DNA from: Bdellovibrionales bacterium
GTDB lineage: Bacteria; Bdellovibrionota; Bdellovibrionia; Bdellovibrionales; UBA1609
DNA length: 64,000 bases
Reading direction: 5' to 3'
Assembly: GCA_965219095.1 (NCBI GenBank)
Contig: CBDCMT010000001.1
Location: 1,856,001 to 1,920,000, forward strand
The notes under the pieces were generated by a model. The model did not search any database. It worked only from the letters and a program-made list of their open reading frames with translations, and was not told where the DNA came from. This document shows positions 20,373 to 31,420 of the stretch, one piece after another. A program made the position numbers and the translations under genes. Position 1 is the first letter of the stretch, and each line of letters begins with the position of its first letter.

Positions 20373-20848
20373 AAAGAAGATTTTTTCTGTTGCCTCTTTT
20401 CTTTAAAAAAAGTTGTTAACATTTCAGAGCATTCTTTTTTTAAAATACCTTTTGTGACAGAGAGCTTTGAAGAAAGATAGGGGAGATAGGCAGTGGTATC
20501 CAAAACGAGGGGTTGTTCTGCATTTGAAGCTCCATAAATAAGTCTTGAAATACGACTGGAAATAATGGCTCCCCAACACATAACGCATGGATCTAGAGTA
20601 ACATAAAGATAGCAGTTTAACAGCCTCCAGTTTTTAAGTCTTTTTGAAGCTTGGTTGATCACTTTGATTTCAGCATGGCAGATAACATTCTGAGAGAGTT
20701 CTTTTGTGTTATAAGCCTTTGATATAATTTGATTGTTCTTGACTAAGACGGCTCCTACAGGGACTTCATCTAAGATTTGAGCTTTTTGAGCTTCTTTTAG
20801 GGCTTCCTGCATAAAGAGAATATCTTGTTTTTTGGATCCATAAGACAT
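20351..20848 (-). CDS. tadA: tRNA adenosine(34) deaminase
   Basis: EVPVGAVLV, HAEI, LYVTLDPCVMC. Confidence 0.92.
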
Positions 20849-20887
20849 AGTTTATATTTGACATTTTTAGAGGGTTTTGTCAAAAAG

Positions 20888-20916
20888 TTGTCAAAACCTT
20901 TTTATTTTGCTACAGT
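20888..20916 (+). promoter_or_regulatory. Putative sigma70 promoter of the rpsU operon
   Basis: TTGTCA-17 bp-TACAGT upstream of the AAGGAG RBS. Confidence 0.5.
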
Positions 20917-20938
20917 CAACAAGTTAAAGGAGTTAAAA

Positions 20939-21136
20939 GTGGCGTTTGTAAGTTTAAGGTATAATGAATCTTTTGAACAGCTTTTTAGGCGTTTTAAGAA
21001 AACTTGTGAAAAAGCAGCTATTTTAACTGAGGTGAAAAAAAGATCCTATTTTGAAAAACCAGGCCTTAAAAGAAAGAAAAAGTCTTTAGCAGCTAGGAAA
21101 AGGAAAACTAGGAAAATAAAAAGGATAGTTTTTTAA
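20939..21136 (+). CDS. rpsU: 30S ribosomal protein S21 (true start GTG 20939)
   Basis: ESFEQLFRRFKK.CEKA.IL.EVKKR.YFEKP...RK.K; AAGGAG RBS. Confidence 0.92.
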   Translation: MAFVSLRYNESFEQLFRRFKKTCEKAAILTEVKKRSYFEKPGLKRKKKSLAARKRKTRKIKRIVF

Positions 21137-21137
21137 G

Positions 21138-21590
21138 ATGGATGATTCTTTAAGAGATAAAATCGTAGAAGATGTTAAGTCTGCTATGAAGAGCAAAGAT
21201 ACTTTGAAAGTAAGTGCTTTGCGTATGATTCAATCAGCTTTAAAAAATAAAGAGATTGAAAGACGTCCTAATAAGTTAAGTCTTCAAGATGTCCTTCAAG
21301 TGTTAAGGAAAATGTATAAAGAAAGAGAGGATTCTATTCAACAGTATACAAAAGCTGGACGTAAAGATTTAGCTGATAAAGAAAATTATGAACTCGATCT
21401 TTTAAAATTTTATCTTCCTAAGCCTTTAAGTGAAGAAGAAATGAAAACTTTAGTTTTTAATGTGATCAAAGATTTACACGCTACATCTATGAAAGATATG
21501 TCTAGAGTTATGAAAGAGATAGGTCAACGTAACCATGGACCTGTTGACAATAGACTTGTTAGTCAGCTAGTAAAAGATCAGCTTTCATAA
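21138..21590 (+). CDS. yqeY: GatB/YqeY domain protein
   Basis: D.K.AMKSKD...LRMI...K.RE.SI.QY..AGR.DLA.KE..E....YLP..LSEEE; canonical position. Confidence 0.9.
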   Translation: MDDSLRDKIVEDVKSAMKSKDTLKVSALRMIQSALKNKEIERRPNKLSLQDVLQVLRKMYKEREDSIQQYTKAGRKDLADKENYELDLLKFYLPKPLSEEEMKTLVFNVIKDLHATSMKDMSRVMKEIGQRNHGPVDNRLVSQLVKDQLS

Positions 21591-21599
21591 GGGGGCTTT

Positions 21600-23405
21600 A
21601 TGAAATTTTCAGCAGATTTTATCACTCAGGTGTGTGGGGCTCATAATATTGTTGATTTCATCTCTCAGCATACTGAGTTGAAATTAATGAGTTCAGGGCA
21701 ATATATGGGGCTTTGTCCTTTTCCTGATCATAAGGAAAAAACTCCTAGTTTTTCCGTTTCTGAAAACAAACAAGTTTATTATTGTTTTGGGTGTAAGAAA
21801 TCAGGTAATATTTATCATTTTTTAGAAGAAATCCAAGGGCTTCATTTTGTTGATGCTGTGATATTTTTATCTGAGAAAGCAGGAATTTCTCTTTCTCATA
21901 TGCAGGGTTCAAAAAAAGAAGAACAGATCTTGGAAAAGAAGAGAAAATTTTTAGAAATCAATAATTTTTCTTGTGAGTATTTCAAAATACAAATGAAAAA
22001 AATGCCTCTTGATCTTAAAAATTATTTTACAGAAAGAAAGCTTTCAGAAAAAATTATTGAAAAATTTCAAATAGGCTATGCTTCTGATCAGTGGCAAGGT
22101 TTATGTGATTTTTTGCGATCGAAACAAGTTGATCTTCAATTGGCTTCCGATTTAGGACTTATTAAGATGGGTAAGAAAGGTTATTTTGATATGTACCGCC
22201 ATCGTGTGACTTTTTCTATTCTCTCTGCTCACAAAAAAGAGATTATAGGTTTTGGAGCGAGGACTTTAGATGGAGCTCAAAACCCTAAATATATCAATAG
22301 TTCCGATTCTTTGATCTTTAATAAGTCTGAAATACTTTATGGTTTAAGTCATGCTCTTCAAGAGATCCGTAAAGAAGATCAGGTAATTGTTGTAGAAGGT
22401 TACATGGATTATCTTTCTTTGTATCAAGCAGGTATAAAGAATGTAGTGGCTAACTTAGGGACAGCTTTGACCTCTTCTCATATTAAAACTCTGAAAAAAT
22501 ACACTCAGAATATCCTTATTTTCTTTGATGGGGATCAAGCAGGGCAAATGGCTTTAGAAAGAAGTGCTCAAAGTCTCTTTAAAGAAGGCCTTTTTCCTCG
22601 GGGTCTTGTTTTAGAAGACAATCATGATCCAGATGATTTTTTAAGAGCTTATGGTATTAAAGAATTAAAGAAGAGAATCAAAAAAGCCCCTGAGTTGTTT
22701 TATTTTCTTATGACAAAAGCTTTTGAAGGTTATCAAGGGCAGGGGATTGAAAAAGTGCAGATTATTGAGAGACTTAAAGTGTATTTGGAGGGAATTAAAG
22801 ATAACACGCTTAAGATGATTTATTGTCAGAGCTTAGCTGATAGATTGTCTGTAGATTTGTCTTATGTCAAAGGGCTTTTTAGTAACTCTAAAACTCTTTA
22901 TAAAGCAAAACAGCAGTTTGAAAGAGTTACAGAAAGGAAGGGGTCTGGAGATTATGAATTTGATCTTAGAGGAATTTCTCAGCCTGAGCTTTTACTTTTG
23001 AATTTAGCTCTAAGTGATGAGAACTATTTTCTAAAAATTAAAGACTTGGGGGGTTTTGAGGCTTGTGGACATGAGGGGCTCAGGGAGCTTTGGAGGGAGA
23101 TTTTATCCTATGTTTATAAGCCGACACAAGATTTTCATCACATAACCTCTTTTCTTATGAACAGAATTGAGCCACGAGAAAGCCTTCAGGTTTTAGAAGC
23201 ACAACACCACTGGACTCTTATGAATGCAGAAAAAAAAGATAGATTTTTTCAAGATTGCTTGAAAAAAGTCAAAAAACAGTGGCTTGATGTGGAAAGGAAA
23301 AAATTACAATCAAAACTTTTTACTGAGAAATCTGATGTGGATTCGAAGAATATTTTGGAACAGATTGTGAATATACAAAAAGAGAAGTCTCAATGGGATG
23401 GCTGA
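21600..23405 (+). CDS. dnaG: DNA primase
   Basis: CPFPDH.EKTPSF, YYCFGC zinc finger, PKYINS, VVEGYMD, FDGDQAG, DPDDF. Confidence 0.97.
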   Translation: MKFSADFITQVCGAHNIVDFISQHTELKLMSSGQYMGLCPFPDHKEKTPSFSVSENKQVYYCFGCKKSGNIYHFLEEIQGLHFVDAVIFLSEKAGISLSHMQGSKKEEQILEKKRKFLEINNFSCEYFKIQMKKMPLDLKNYFTERKLSEKIIEKFQIGYASDQWQGLCDFLRSKQVDLQLASDLGLIKMGKKGYFDMYRHRVTFSILSAHKKEIIGFGARTLDGAQNPKYINSSDSLIFNKSEILYGLSHALQEIRKEDQVIVVEGYMDYLSLYQAGIKNVVANLGTALTSSHIKTLKKYTQNILIFFDGDQAGQMALERSAQSLFKEGLFPRGLVLEDNHDPDDFLRAYGIKELKKRIKKAPELFYFLMTKAFEGYQGQGIEKVQIIERLKVYLEGIKDNTLKMIYCQSLADRLSVDLSYVKGLFSNSKTLYKAKQQFERVTERKGSGDYEFDLRGISQPELLLLNLALSDENYFLKIKDLGGFEACGHEGLRELWREILSYVYKPTQDFHHITSFLMNRIEPRESLQVLEAQHHWTLMNAEKKDRFFQDCLKKVKKQWLDVERKKLQSKLFTEKSDVDSKNILEQIVNIQKEKSQWDG

Positions 23406-23572
23406 GATTGAACTGAGGTGGGTTTGAGCCTTGAAGAGGTAACAATTTTTGGAAGGGAGTGACAATTTTTGTCCTTTTGGGTTTTGATTATGGTAAAATG
23501 TAGAGGTTTAAGCCTTGTTTTTTTGAAAAATGGCTTTCCTCAGAAAGAAATTGAAGAAAGGAGTATAAAGTT

Positions 23573-25369
23573 ATGGCAGTTTTATTATCTTTAAAAGAGC
23601 AGAAAAAATTACTTCCGGAAGAGATTCAAAAAATCATTATTCTCTTTCAAGAGGATAAGAAACAGGCCCTTAAAGTAAGGGCTATTAATGAGACTTTAGA
23701 TCCTCGTATTTTAGACCCTAGTGTTATTGACGAGTTCATGAGAGCTTTAGAACTTAAAGGGGTCACTTGGGTTGAGGGTAGTGATTCTCATATTGAAAGC
23801 GAAGTAGAGGATTTTTTACTTGAATTTGATGAAGAGCAAGAAGAAGAAAAAGTTGATTCAAAAAGCAATGATCCTGTGAAGCTTTATTTAAAGAGAATGG
23901 GAAGCGTATCTCTTCTTACAAGAGAAGGAGAGGTGGAGATTGCTACACGGATTGAAGATGGTGAAAGAAAAATTGTGAAAGCTATTTTAATGTCTCCTAT
24001 GGGAACTGATGAAATCATTCGTTTAGGAAAAAGGGTTGAAGAGGGGCGTACTAAACCTCAAGAGATTTTTAGAGGTTTAGAAGGTGAAGATGTTAGCTAT
24101 ACAGATGAAGAGTATTTAGCGAAAATTAAAGAACTTCTTTTTTATGTAGAGGCTTATAAACAAAAAGTAGTTTCTGTTTTTCATACTTTAAGAATTCAAG
24201 ATAGGCTTTCTTTGGAAAGTAAAGAGAGTTTTGAGGTTTTGAGGAGAATAAATGGCGAACTTATGGAGCAATTTCAAAAGATTAACTTTAATAGGAAAGT
24301 CATTAACCGTATTGTTGTGAAATTTAAAAATCTTGTGATGAGGTTGAGAGAACTTCAAAATAGAGAGAAAAACATTCTTAGGAAAACCTTTTCTAATAGC
24401 TATGAAAGTTTTGTGGAAAGAATTGAAAATTCTGAAAATAACGAAAGGACTGTGCAAGAGTTAAAGGCTAATACAGGTTTAAGTTGGAATGAAGCTATAA
24501 AGTATTGTCAAGTAATTAAAGATGCTTATACGAGAAGACAGTGTCTTTTACAAGATTGTAAAATGTCTTTTGAGTGGATACGTGATGTTTACACAGATAT
24601 TTGGAAAGGTGAGAGTGATGCTGATGGTGCTAAGTCAGAGCTTGTAGAGGCTAACTTAAGACTTGTAGTTTCTATTGCTAAAAAATATACAAACCGTGGT
24701 CTTCAGTTCTTAGATTTGATTCAAGAAGGTAATATTGGGCTTATGAAAGCTGTGGATAAATTTGAATATCGTAGAGGTTATAAATTTTCGACTTATGCAA
24801 CATGGTGGATTCGTCAAGCGATTACTAGAGCGATTGCAGATCAAGCTCGTACCATTCGTATTCCTGTTCATATGATTGAAACTATTAATAAAATGCTAAG
24901 AGCTTCTAGGCAACTTGTTCAAGAGTTAGGAAGGGAGCCTTCCCCTGAAGAAGTGGCTGAAAAAATGGGAATGCCTGTAGATAAAACTTTGAAAGTTTTG
25001 AAAATAGCTAAAGAGCCGATCAGTTTAGAAACTCCTGTAGGAGAGGAAGAAGATTCCCATTTAGGAGACTTTATTGAAGATAAAAAAATGGTCAATCCCT
25101 CTGAGGCGATCTTAAATTTGAACTTAGCAGAGCAAACAAGGAAAGTCTTATCGACTCTGACTCCAAGAGAAGAGAGAGTTCTAAGAATGCGTTTTGGTAT
25201 AGGGGAAGAAAGTGATCATACTTTAGAAGAAGTGGGACAAGACTTTAATGTAACAAGAGAAAGAATTAGACAAATTGAAGCCAAAGCCTTAAGAAAATTA
25301 AGGCATCCTAACCGTTCTTCACGTCTTAAAAGTTTTCTTGAAAGTCTTGATCTTGATCAAAAAGATTGA
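23573..25369 (+). CDS. rpoD: RNA polymerase primary sigma factor
   Basis: [58 protein letters not shown]. Confidence 0.98.
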   Translation: MAVLLSLKEQKKLLPEEIQKIIILFQEDKKQALKVRAINETLDPRILDPSVIDEFMRALELKGVTWVEGSDSHIESEVEDFLLEFDEEQEEEKVDSKSNDPVKLYLKRMGSVSLLTREGEVEIATRIEDGERKIVKAILMSPMGTDEIIRLGKRVEEGRTKPQEIFRGLEGEDVSYTDEEYLAKIKELLFYVEAYKQKVVSVFHTLRIQDRLSLESKESFEVLRRINGELMEQFQKINFNRKVINRIVVKFKNLVMRLRELQNREKNILRKTFSNSYESFVERIENSENNERTVQELKANTGLSWNEAIKYCQVIKDAYTRRQCLLQDCKMSFEWIRDVYTDIWKGESDADGAKSELVEANLRLVVSIAKKYTNRGLQFLDLIQEGNIGLMKAVDKFEYRRGYKFSTYATWWIRQAITRAIADQARTIRIPVHMIETINKMLRASRQLVQELGREPSPEEVAEKMGMPVDKTLKVLKIAKEPISLETPVGEEEDSHLGDFIEDKKMVNPSEAILNLNLAEQTRKVLSTLTPREERVLRMRFGIGEESDHTLEEVGQDFNVTRERIRQIEAKALRKLRHPNRSSRLKSFLESLDLDQKD

Positions 25370-25379
25370 TCATAATTGA

Positions 25380-25456
25380 AGGGGCATAGCTTAGTTGGTT
25401 AAAGCATCTGGCTCATAACCGGAGGATCCGAGGTTCAAATCCTCGTGTCCCTACCA
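25380..25456 (+). tRNA. tRNA with CAT anticodon (probably tRNA-Ile2, otherwise elongator Met)
   Basis: AGGGGCA/TGTCCCT acceptor stem, TCTGG-CTCATAA-CCGGA, GGTTCAAATCC, CCA; no initiator GGG/CCC; lies after rpoD like ileX. Confidence 0.9.
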
Positions 25457-25815
25457 ATACGAACATTATACGAACCTATGACCATGTCATTATGAGCTTG
25501 GTGTTCGTTATTACTTAATGGAAGATAGGTACATCCAAAGTACTGAACAGCTATTTTATCTTTATAGACTGTGACTTTTTTTATAATGTTTGAGAGGAGT
25601 TCTTTTCTTTGGCACTGTGTTATTTTAGATAATTTTTTATTGACTATTTGTAAGGCTGAAAAAACATTTTCAGCTGAGATAACGGTTTCTTTAAAGGAAG
25701 TTCTTTCGTTTTTAAGTCTTTCTACTTCTTGTTTAATTTCACTAGATTTGTCATTTAAAGAGTTAATTTGCTCGAGCAAAAAATCTCTTGCCTTATTGCT
25801 GGTAGCTCTTGCTAA
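25435..25815 (-). pseudogene. C-terminal remnant of a large serine recombinase (integrase)
   Basis: Coiled coil then Q.KELL..IIKKVTV..DKI...Y; frame ends inside the tRNA 3' end (GRDTRI*); cut by IS630-A. Confidence 0.65.
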
Positions 25816-27219
25816 TACCAATTACAGAAATTAATTCAACATTTTTATGTTCAAATTTAAAATTGACTTAAGGAAAAGTTTCAGTTAGGAGGTTTTAAAA
25901 AAACTTCTTTTAAGGTGAGTTTAAGTTTTCATAAGATAAGTTTATTTCAGGTATATCTATTTGTTGTGTGAATCGATTGATGGGTTAAAATAAGTGAAAA
26001 AGTGAGGGTAAAATTTAAAATGACAAAAATCAGTTAAACAATTTAATTTATAGGTTCAAATTAATTTACAAGCTTGATTCATCTTGTTGTTTTGCCCAAG
26101 ATCGAGTGCATAATTTTTTAATCCTGCCCTCCTGATCGCAAAAAGTATTCCAGGCCTCACAACAAGTATTCAGTATATGGTCATAGTTTTTAAAACATGC
26201 ATTCGATAATTTGATCCTTCGTAATTGTTGCCAGACTTGTTCCATGGGATTTAATTCTGGACTATAAGGAGGTAAAGGCATCAGAGATAAATTCTTAGGA
26301 ACTATCAAAGTCTCTGTGGTATGCCAACTGGCTCTGTCCATTAAAACAATTCCATGATAGTTTTCTTGAATATTTTTAGATATCTCATCTAAGTGAATTT
26401 GCATCATCCCTGAATTACATTCCGGTAAAATCCAAGCACAGCCTTTATCTTTATCCGGACAAACTGCTCCAAAAATATAAGTGGATAAAAATTGTCTTTG
26501 CCTCACAACTCTAGGCCGTGTGCCTTTTCTTGCCCAAATCCTGCTCAAAGAACCTTGCTGAGCTTATTCTGCATTCATCCTGCCACCAAATCTCTATTTT
26601 ATGAGTCTGAATCTTTTCTTTTATTTTCTCCACCTCTTCTGGAAAATGTTCCTTAAACTGTTCCATAGCTTCTTAATGAACTTTTAGGATGAAGAGAACG
26701 ACCACTGATCCATACAATATTAAGGCGGTCTAAAGAAACATAAACCCCAGAAAGAGAATAGCAACAGTCAAATTCATCTGCTAAAAGTTTCTGTATTTCC
26801 TTTGCTCCTATGCTTCCTCCCTCTCTTTTGTCTTGAATTTCATCTAACTTGATTTTGAAGTTCTCTTCTTCTGTCACTGGCAAACGAGGCTTGTGTCCTC
26901 TGCCTTCTCGATCTATCAATCCCTCGTAATCAAAGTCTACAAAAAAAGACTGTAACCAGGATTTGATACTGTGACGGTGATACAAAACCATACCTGCTGT
27001 TTCTTGAATCGATTTTCCTTCTTGCATATGCTGCAAAGCCAATAATTTTGTCTTGATGTTGGCACTTCTTTCTACTTTGTAAGTAGCCAGAAAATCATAC
27101 CCTTAAATCTGTGTAACTAAATCTTTTTTCGACATGACTCTAAAAATTTAACAGAGTTTGATCAAAAAGCCAGGAGGCTATGCGTTAAAAGAATGTTGAA
27201 TTAATTTTTGGAAATGGTA
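25816..27219 (-). mobile_element. IS630 type A, frameshifted copy (ORFs 26066-26548, 26653-27042)
   Basis: Reverse complement of the other copies; flanks TAA/CAA do not match, suggesting an adjacent deletion. Confidence 0.92.
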
Positions 27220-27343
27220 CAAAAGAAAGAATGGAAAAAGTTAATTCATTTTATTATTCTATTTTATTATACAATTTTATTGAAATTATATCATTTTAGA
27301 AAACAAATAGAGTGTGCTAGAAAGATTTTAGAGGAGAAAAAAC

Positions 27344-27631
27344 TTGAATTTTAATAAGAGACTAAAAGCTTTAAGACAAGGTCAAGGTTGGACGGTAAAA
27401 AGTACAGCTGAGAAACTCGGAGTTCCGGAAACTGCCTATCGAGAGTGGGAGTATGGGAGAGCGATTCAAGGAGAGGAGGAGCCGTATCCAAAAATCGCCT
27501 CACTCTTTAATCTTAGCCTATTTGAGCTTATTACAGGGAAAAAACTGGATCAGAATAAAATTTTTAGAAAGCTTGAACTCTTGGAAGAAAAGGTAAAAAA
27601 CATAAAAAAAGACCTAATGTCGTTTTTTTAA
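27344..27631 (+). CDS. XRE-family HTH transcriptional regulator
   Basis: RLK.LR...GWT....AEKLGVP...YREWEYGR...IA.LF..S..ELI.G. Confidence 0.85.
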   Translation: MNFNKRLKALRQGQGWTVKSTAEKLGVPETAYREWEYGRAIQGEEEPYPKIASLFNLSLFELITGKKLDQNKIFRKLELLEEKVKNIKKDLMSFF

Positions 27632-27732
27632 AGTGAAAGGAGGATTTTTAATAGATAAGAATAGTTTTTTCAAGTAAAGAGTATCAAGCAAAGTAGGAGG
27701 AAAATAAAATAACAAAATAGGAGGATAAAATA

Positions 27733-28326
27733 ATGAAAAAAATAATTTTTTTAGGTATTTTAATAATATCACAACTTGCATATGCTTCAAGAGAGCCTTT
27801 GCCTAACTTCGAAATCAACTCTTCAGATGGGCTTTTTAGAGTTCGTCCAACTACAGATGGTTCGCATCTGGTGATTCATTTACAAACCCCTTTTTATAAA
27901 GATAGTCTAGACAGACAACTAAGAAGACTTGGTTATCCAATATTGGTGGATGAAACAGTTTCGATTCGAATACCAACTGGTCCCAGCTATGCGTTCAAAT
28001 ATGAAAATAATAATTATTTAATTTATTTTGATAGTCGGTATGCAACAAATAGAAGAAAACAAATGAGCCTTATGTTCCGTACTGAGAAAGGAGAAAATTA
28101 TTATATAGAAGAAAAAAATCATCTCAAGATTGTTTTGGGGACCACTTACGTCACTAGAAAAGACTCAGGTTTAATTATCATTTTTGGACGACCTACACCA
28201 ATAGAGCATGAAGTTAAAGTGTTCTTGAAAGTGGAATTTTATGATGAAGAAAATGAAAAACATAGAAAGCTTATTCTAGATAAATCATTTTTTCTTAGAT
28301 ATGAGTATGACAAAGTACAGCCATAA
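27733..28326 (+). CDS. Hypothetical exported protein
   Basis: AGGAGG RBS; signal peptide MKKIIFLGILIISQLAYA. Confidence 0.7.
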   Translation: MKKIIFLGILIISQLAYASREPLPNFEINSSDGLFRVRPTTDGSHLVIHLQTPFYKDSLDRQLRRLGYPILVDETVSIRIPTGPSYAFKYENNNYLIYFDSRYATNRRKQMSLMFRTEKGENYYIEEKNHLKIVLGTTYVTRKDSGLIIIFGRPTPIEHEVKVFLKVEFYDEENEKHRKLILDKSFFLRYEYDKVQP

Positions 28327-28344
28327 GACTTTTTAGTGATTCTA

Positions 28345-28374
28345 ACAGGGAGCATTCGGTGGGGTGTTCCCTGT
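28345..28374 (+). terminator. Hairpin, probable terminator
   Basis: ACAGGGAGCATTC-ggtg-GGGTGTTCCCTGT just after the stop; weak T-tract. Confidence 0.5.
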
Positions 28375-28799
28375 ATTGGAAGATAGCAGTCTAGGCTGGA
28401 AAGTAGTTGTGTGAACCAGCCTTGTTGTACATAGGTGTTTTAGATCAAGTTGCAACTATCACAGATGAAAAGAGGTTATCCTTTTTCGCTTCCTACTCTG
28501 TGACAGAGATCTTTTGACTTTTTGTAGGAAAAAGACTTTCCGCAGAGTCTTTCTATTTCCTCTTGGAAAAGGTCGAAAAGGTCATGGACTAATTTCAGTG
28601 TTTACTCCTTTAAGCTATATAGCAATAAGCTGGCGAATTTCCTCGTGTTTATTTTTTAACATTTGTAACTGAGATTGATATTGTGTATCTTTCATTTAGG
28701 ACTCCCCTCTGGTTTGTTTATAATACCATGAGATTAGCTCAGGGGAACTCCTTCTTCAAACCCTAACGACTTTATGGACAATCTCTTTTTTAGATTCGA

Positions 28800-28961
28800 T
28801 TACCGTTCTCCCTTAGAAGATTTAATTGGAGTTTTACTATTATCATTATGATTAGGATTCGTATTATCTCCTAAACGACGATTAGGGCTATGTTTGCACT
28901 CTTCAGCTGTTACTGTAATCCCGCTAAGGAAAATTACTGTGATTAAAAATATTTTTTTCAT
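28800..28961 (-). CDS. 53-aa putative secreted peptide (below ORF-track cutoff)
   Basis: GAGGAG RBS; MKKIFLITVIFLSGITVTA-EECKHSPNRRLGDNTNPNHNDNSKTPIKSSKGER*. Confidence 0.45.
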   Translation of the reverse strand: MKKIFLITVIFLSGITVTAEECKHSPNRRLGDNTNPNHNDNSKTPIKSSKGER

Positions 28962-29148
28962 ATTTATCTCCTCTTTTTTTGTCTCTACCCTTTTTAATGC
29001 AAGAAAACAGCCAGTAGAAAAAGCTCTTTAATTTCAAATAGTTATAAAAAGAATTTGTAAAACCTTAAAAAAAGATTTTAAGTTCCTAAAAAGGGGAGCT
29101 AAAAGCTCTTTGAGTGTCTAACTTTTAAACAACTATCTAACAATTTTT

Positions 29149-30669
29149 GGCTCCTCCCGGGAATCTGTGGGTGAAAAGTAGTAGAAATCCCCCAAAAGAG
29201 CTCATATTAATCAAAGTAAGAGTAAGACATTCTATCTTGTATTTTTGAGTTCTTTGAGGCCCTTACTGGCCTCTATCACCTCCGGTGATTGAACTCAAAA
29301 ACATTCATTTTATTTGCTTTTATTTGCTGTGTTACATTAAAATTTTAAAAAAGAAGCACCTACTTCCCAGATGCCTTAAAATGTTATTCAAAAAAAAAAA
29401 AAAAGGAGGGAAGAGATGCTTTTGAAGACTATACTAAATGATTGTTTAAGATGGAAGTCTTTTGTATACGGAGACATTTATTTTTCAAAAGATAGAAAGT
29501 CAATTAATGTTCCTATTAAGGCTCGTAAAAATGGCCAAGCTTTTTGTAGTGTTTGTAAGAAGCCCTGTTCAGTGTATGACAGCAGTAAATCATCACGGGA
29601 CTTTGAATCCCTTCCTATTTTAAGTTACAGGGTGTTTTTTGTTTATTTTGTAAGAAGAGTTAATTGTTCTTGCTGTGGAGTAAAAGTTGAGTATTTACCT
29701 TGGGCAGATGGGAAGAAAAACCTAACAATTTTTTACATGAAGTACTTAGCTGACTGGTGTCGTCACCTGTCTTGGAAAGAGGTTTCTTGTAAGTTTCATG
29801 TCAGTTGGAATCAGGTCTATGCTTCGGTAGAATGGGTCGTAGAATATGGTTTAAAACAAAGGGTTTTAAAGGGAATACAAGCTATAGGTGTAGATGAAAT
29901 ACAATGGAAAAAGAACCATCAGTATCTCACCTTAGTCTATGAAATAAGCAAAGAAAGTGTTCGTTTGCTATGGATAGGAGAAAAAAGAACAGAGGAGAGT
30001 TTCAACAAGTTTTTTGATTTACTAGGAGAGAAGTCAAAAGATATACAGTTTGTGTGTTCTGATATGTGGAAGCCCTATTTAAAAGTAATAAAGGAAAGGG
30101 CAAGTCAAGCTTTGAATATATTAGATCGGTTTCATATCGTAGCAAGACTCAATAAGGCTTTAGACGAAGTGAGAGCTTCAGAACACAAAAAAATGAAAGA
30201 AGATGGGTATGAACCCCTTTTAACAAAAGCTAGATGGCCCTTGTTAAAAAATGCAGAAAATTTAAAATCTTATGAGAAAGTAAAATTAAGGCATTTAATA
30301 CAGTACAATTTAAAAAGTATCCGCTGTTATTTTTTAAAAGAAGACTTCCGACAGTTATGGACCTATGTTTCACCAACTTGGGCTGGTAAATTTATAGACA
30401 GTTGGACGAAACGAGTCATGCTTTCAAAAATTGAACCTATGAAAAGAGAAGCAAAAACCATACGAAGACATAAGCTACTTATTCTTAATTACTTCAAGGC
30501 TAAAAAAGCCTTCTCCTCAGGGATTGTAGAGGGTTTAAACAACAAAGTAAAACTCACTATGAGAAAATCTTACGGCTTTAGAACCTCTAAAGCTATAAAA
30601 ATCGCCTTATATCATAACCTTGGAAAACTGCCAGAACCTCCGGGAACCCACAGATTCTTTTGAGGAGGC
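29149..30669 (+). mobile_element. ISL3-family element, intact
   Basis: GGCTCCTC...GAGGAGGC ends, 8-bp TSD CAATTTTT. Confidence 0.93.
29416..30663 (+). CDS. ISL3 transposase
   Basis: Zinc finger, IGVDE, VCSDMW, LDRFH, SSG.VEG.NNK.K...RK.YGFR. Confidence 0.95.
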   Translation: MLLKTILNDCLRWKSFVYGDIYFSKDRKSINVPIKARKNGQAFCSVCKKPCSVYDSSKSSRDFESLPILSYRVFFVYFVRRVNCSCCGVKVEYLPWADGKKNLTIFYMKYLADWCRHLSWKEVSCKFHVSWNQVYASVEWVVEYGLKQRVLKGIQAIGVDEIQWKKNHQYLTLVYEISKESVRLLWIGEKRTEESFNKFFDLLGEKSKDIQFVCSDMWKPYLKVIKERASQALNILDRFHIVARLNKALDEVRASEHKKMKEDGYEPLLTKARWPLLKNAENLKSYEKVKLRHLIQYNLKSIRCYFLKEDFRQLWTYVSPTWAGKFIDSWTKRVMLSKIEPMKREAKTIRRHKLLILNYFKAKKAFSSGIVEGLNNKVKLTMRKSYGFRTSKAIKIALYHNLGKLPEPPGTHRFF

Positions 30670-30779
30670 CAATTTTTTCTCATCAAATTACTGTAAGTCG
30701 GTTTCTTAACAGCCCTTGACTCCTACGAGGGGAATTTCTAGCTATTTTTCACCACAGATTCCCGGGAGGAGCCATAAAT

Positions 30780-31420
30780 TTAACATATGAGTATTAAAAC
30801 ATAAAAAAAAAATGAGCTCAGGCCCCATTTAAAACGTCAGTGGTGTCTGGGGAAACTTGATTCTAATTTTATTTGGCAGATGGAGAGGGTTTTAGATACT
30901 TATGAGAGAAAATACGATTTAAAAAATCCGGTTCTATGTTTTGATGAAAGGCCTTGTCAGTTGATTGATGATGTTTTGATTCCGGTTCCTGTCAGTCCTG
31001 GAAAAGAAAAGAGAGAGGATTATCATTATAAAAGAGAGGGTGTGTGTGTAGCTTTATTGGCCGTTGAGCCTTTGACAGGAAAGAGGATTGTGGAGGTGAG
31101 TCGTAGAAAGACGAAAGTAGATTATGCAAGGTTTATGAAAAAGGTGGCTGCAAAGTATAAAGGTTGTGAAAAGATCACATTGATATAAGATAATTTGAAC
31201 ACTCATAATCCCTCTTCATTTTATGAAAATATGAAAGCAGAGAGTGCTTTTGATTTAACAAATTGCTTTAAGATGATTTACACACCGAAGAAGGCCAGTT
31301 GGTTAAATATGGCAGAGATTGAGTTTTCAGCCCTTTCAAAAAAGTGTTTAAATCGTCGTATAGGAAAATTCTCTAAGATGGAAAAAGAGATCATAGCTTG
31401 GGCAAAAAATAGAAATAAAA
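30780..31420 (+). pseudogene. IS630-family transposase 'type C' fragment
   Basis: MERVLD.Y, CFDERPCQL, DYHYKREG, DNLNTH, YTPK.ASWLNMAEIEF; internal stop. Confidence 0.85.

Noticed and set aside
20825..20938. N-terminal extension of S21 in the ORF track
   Set aside because: Overlaps the tadA start and promoter region; the RBS-supported GTG at 20939 gives a normal-length S21
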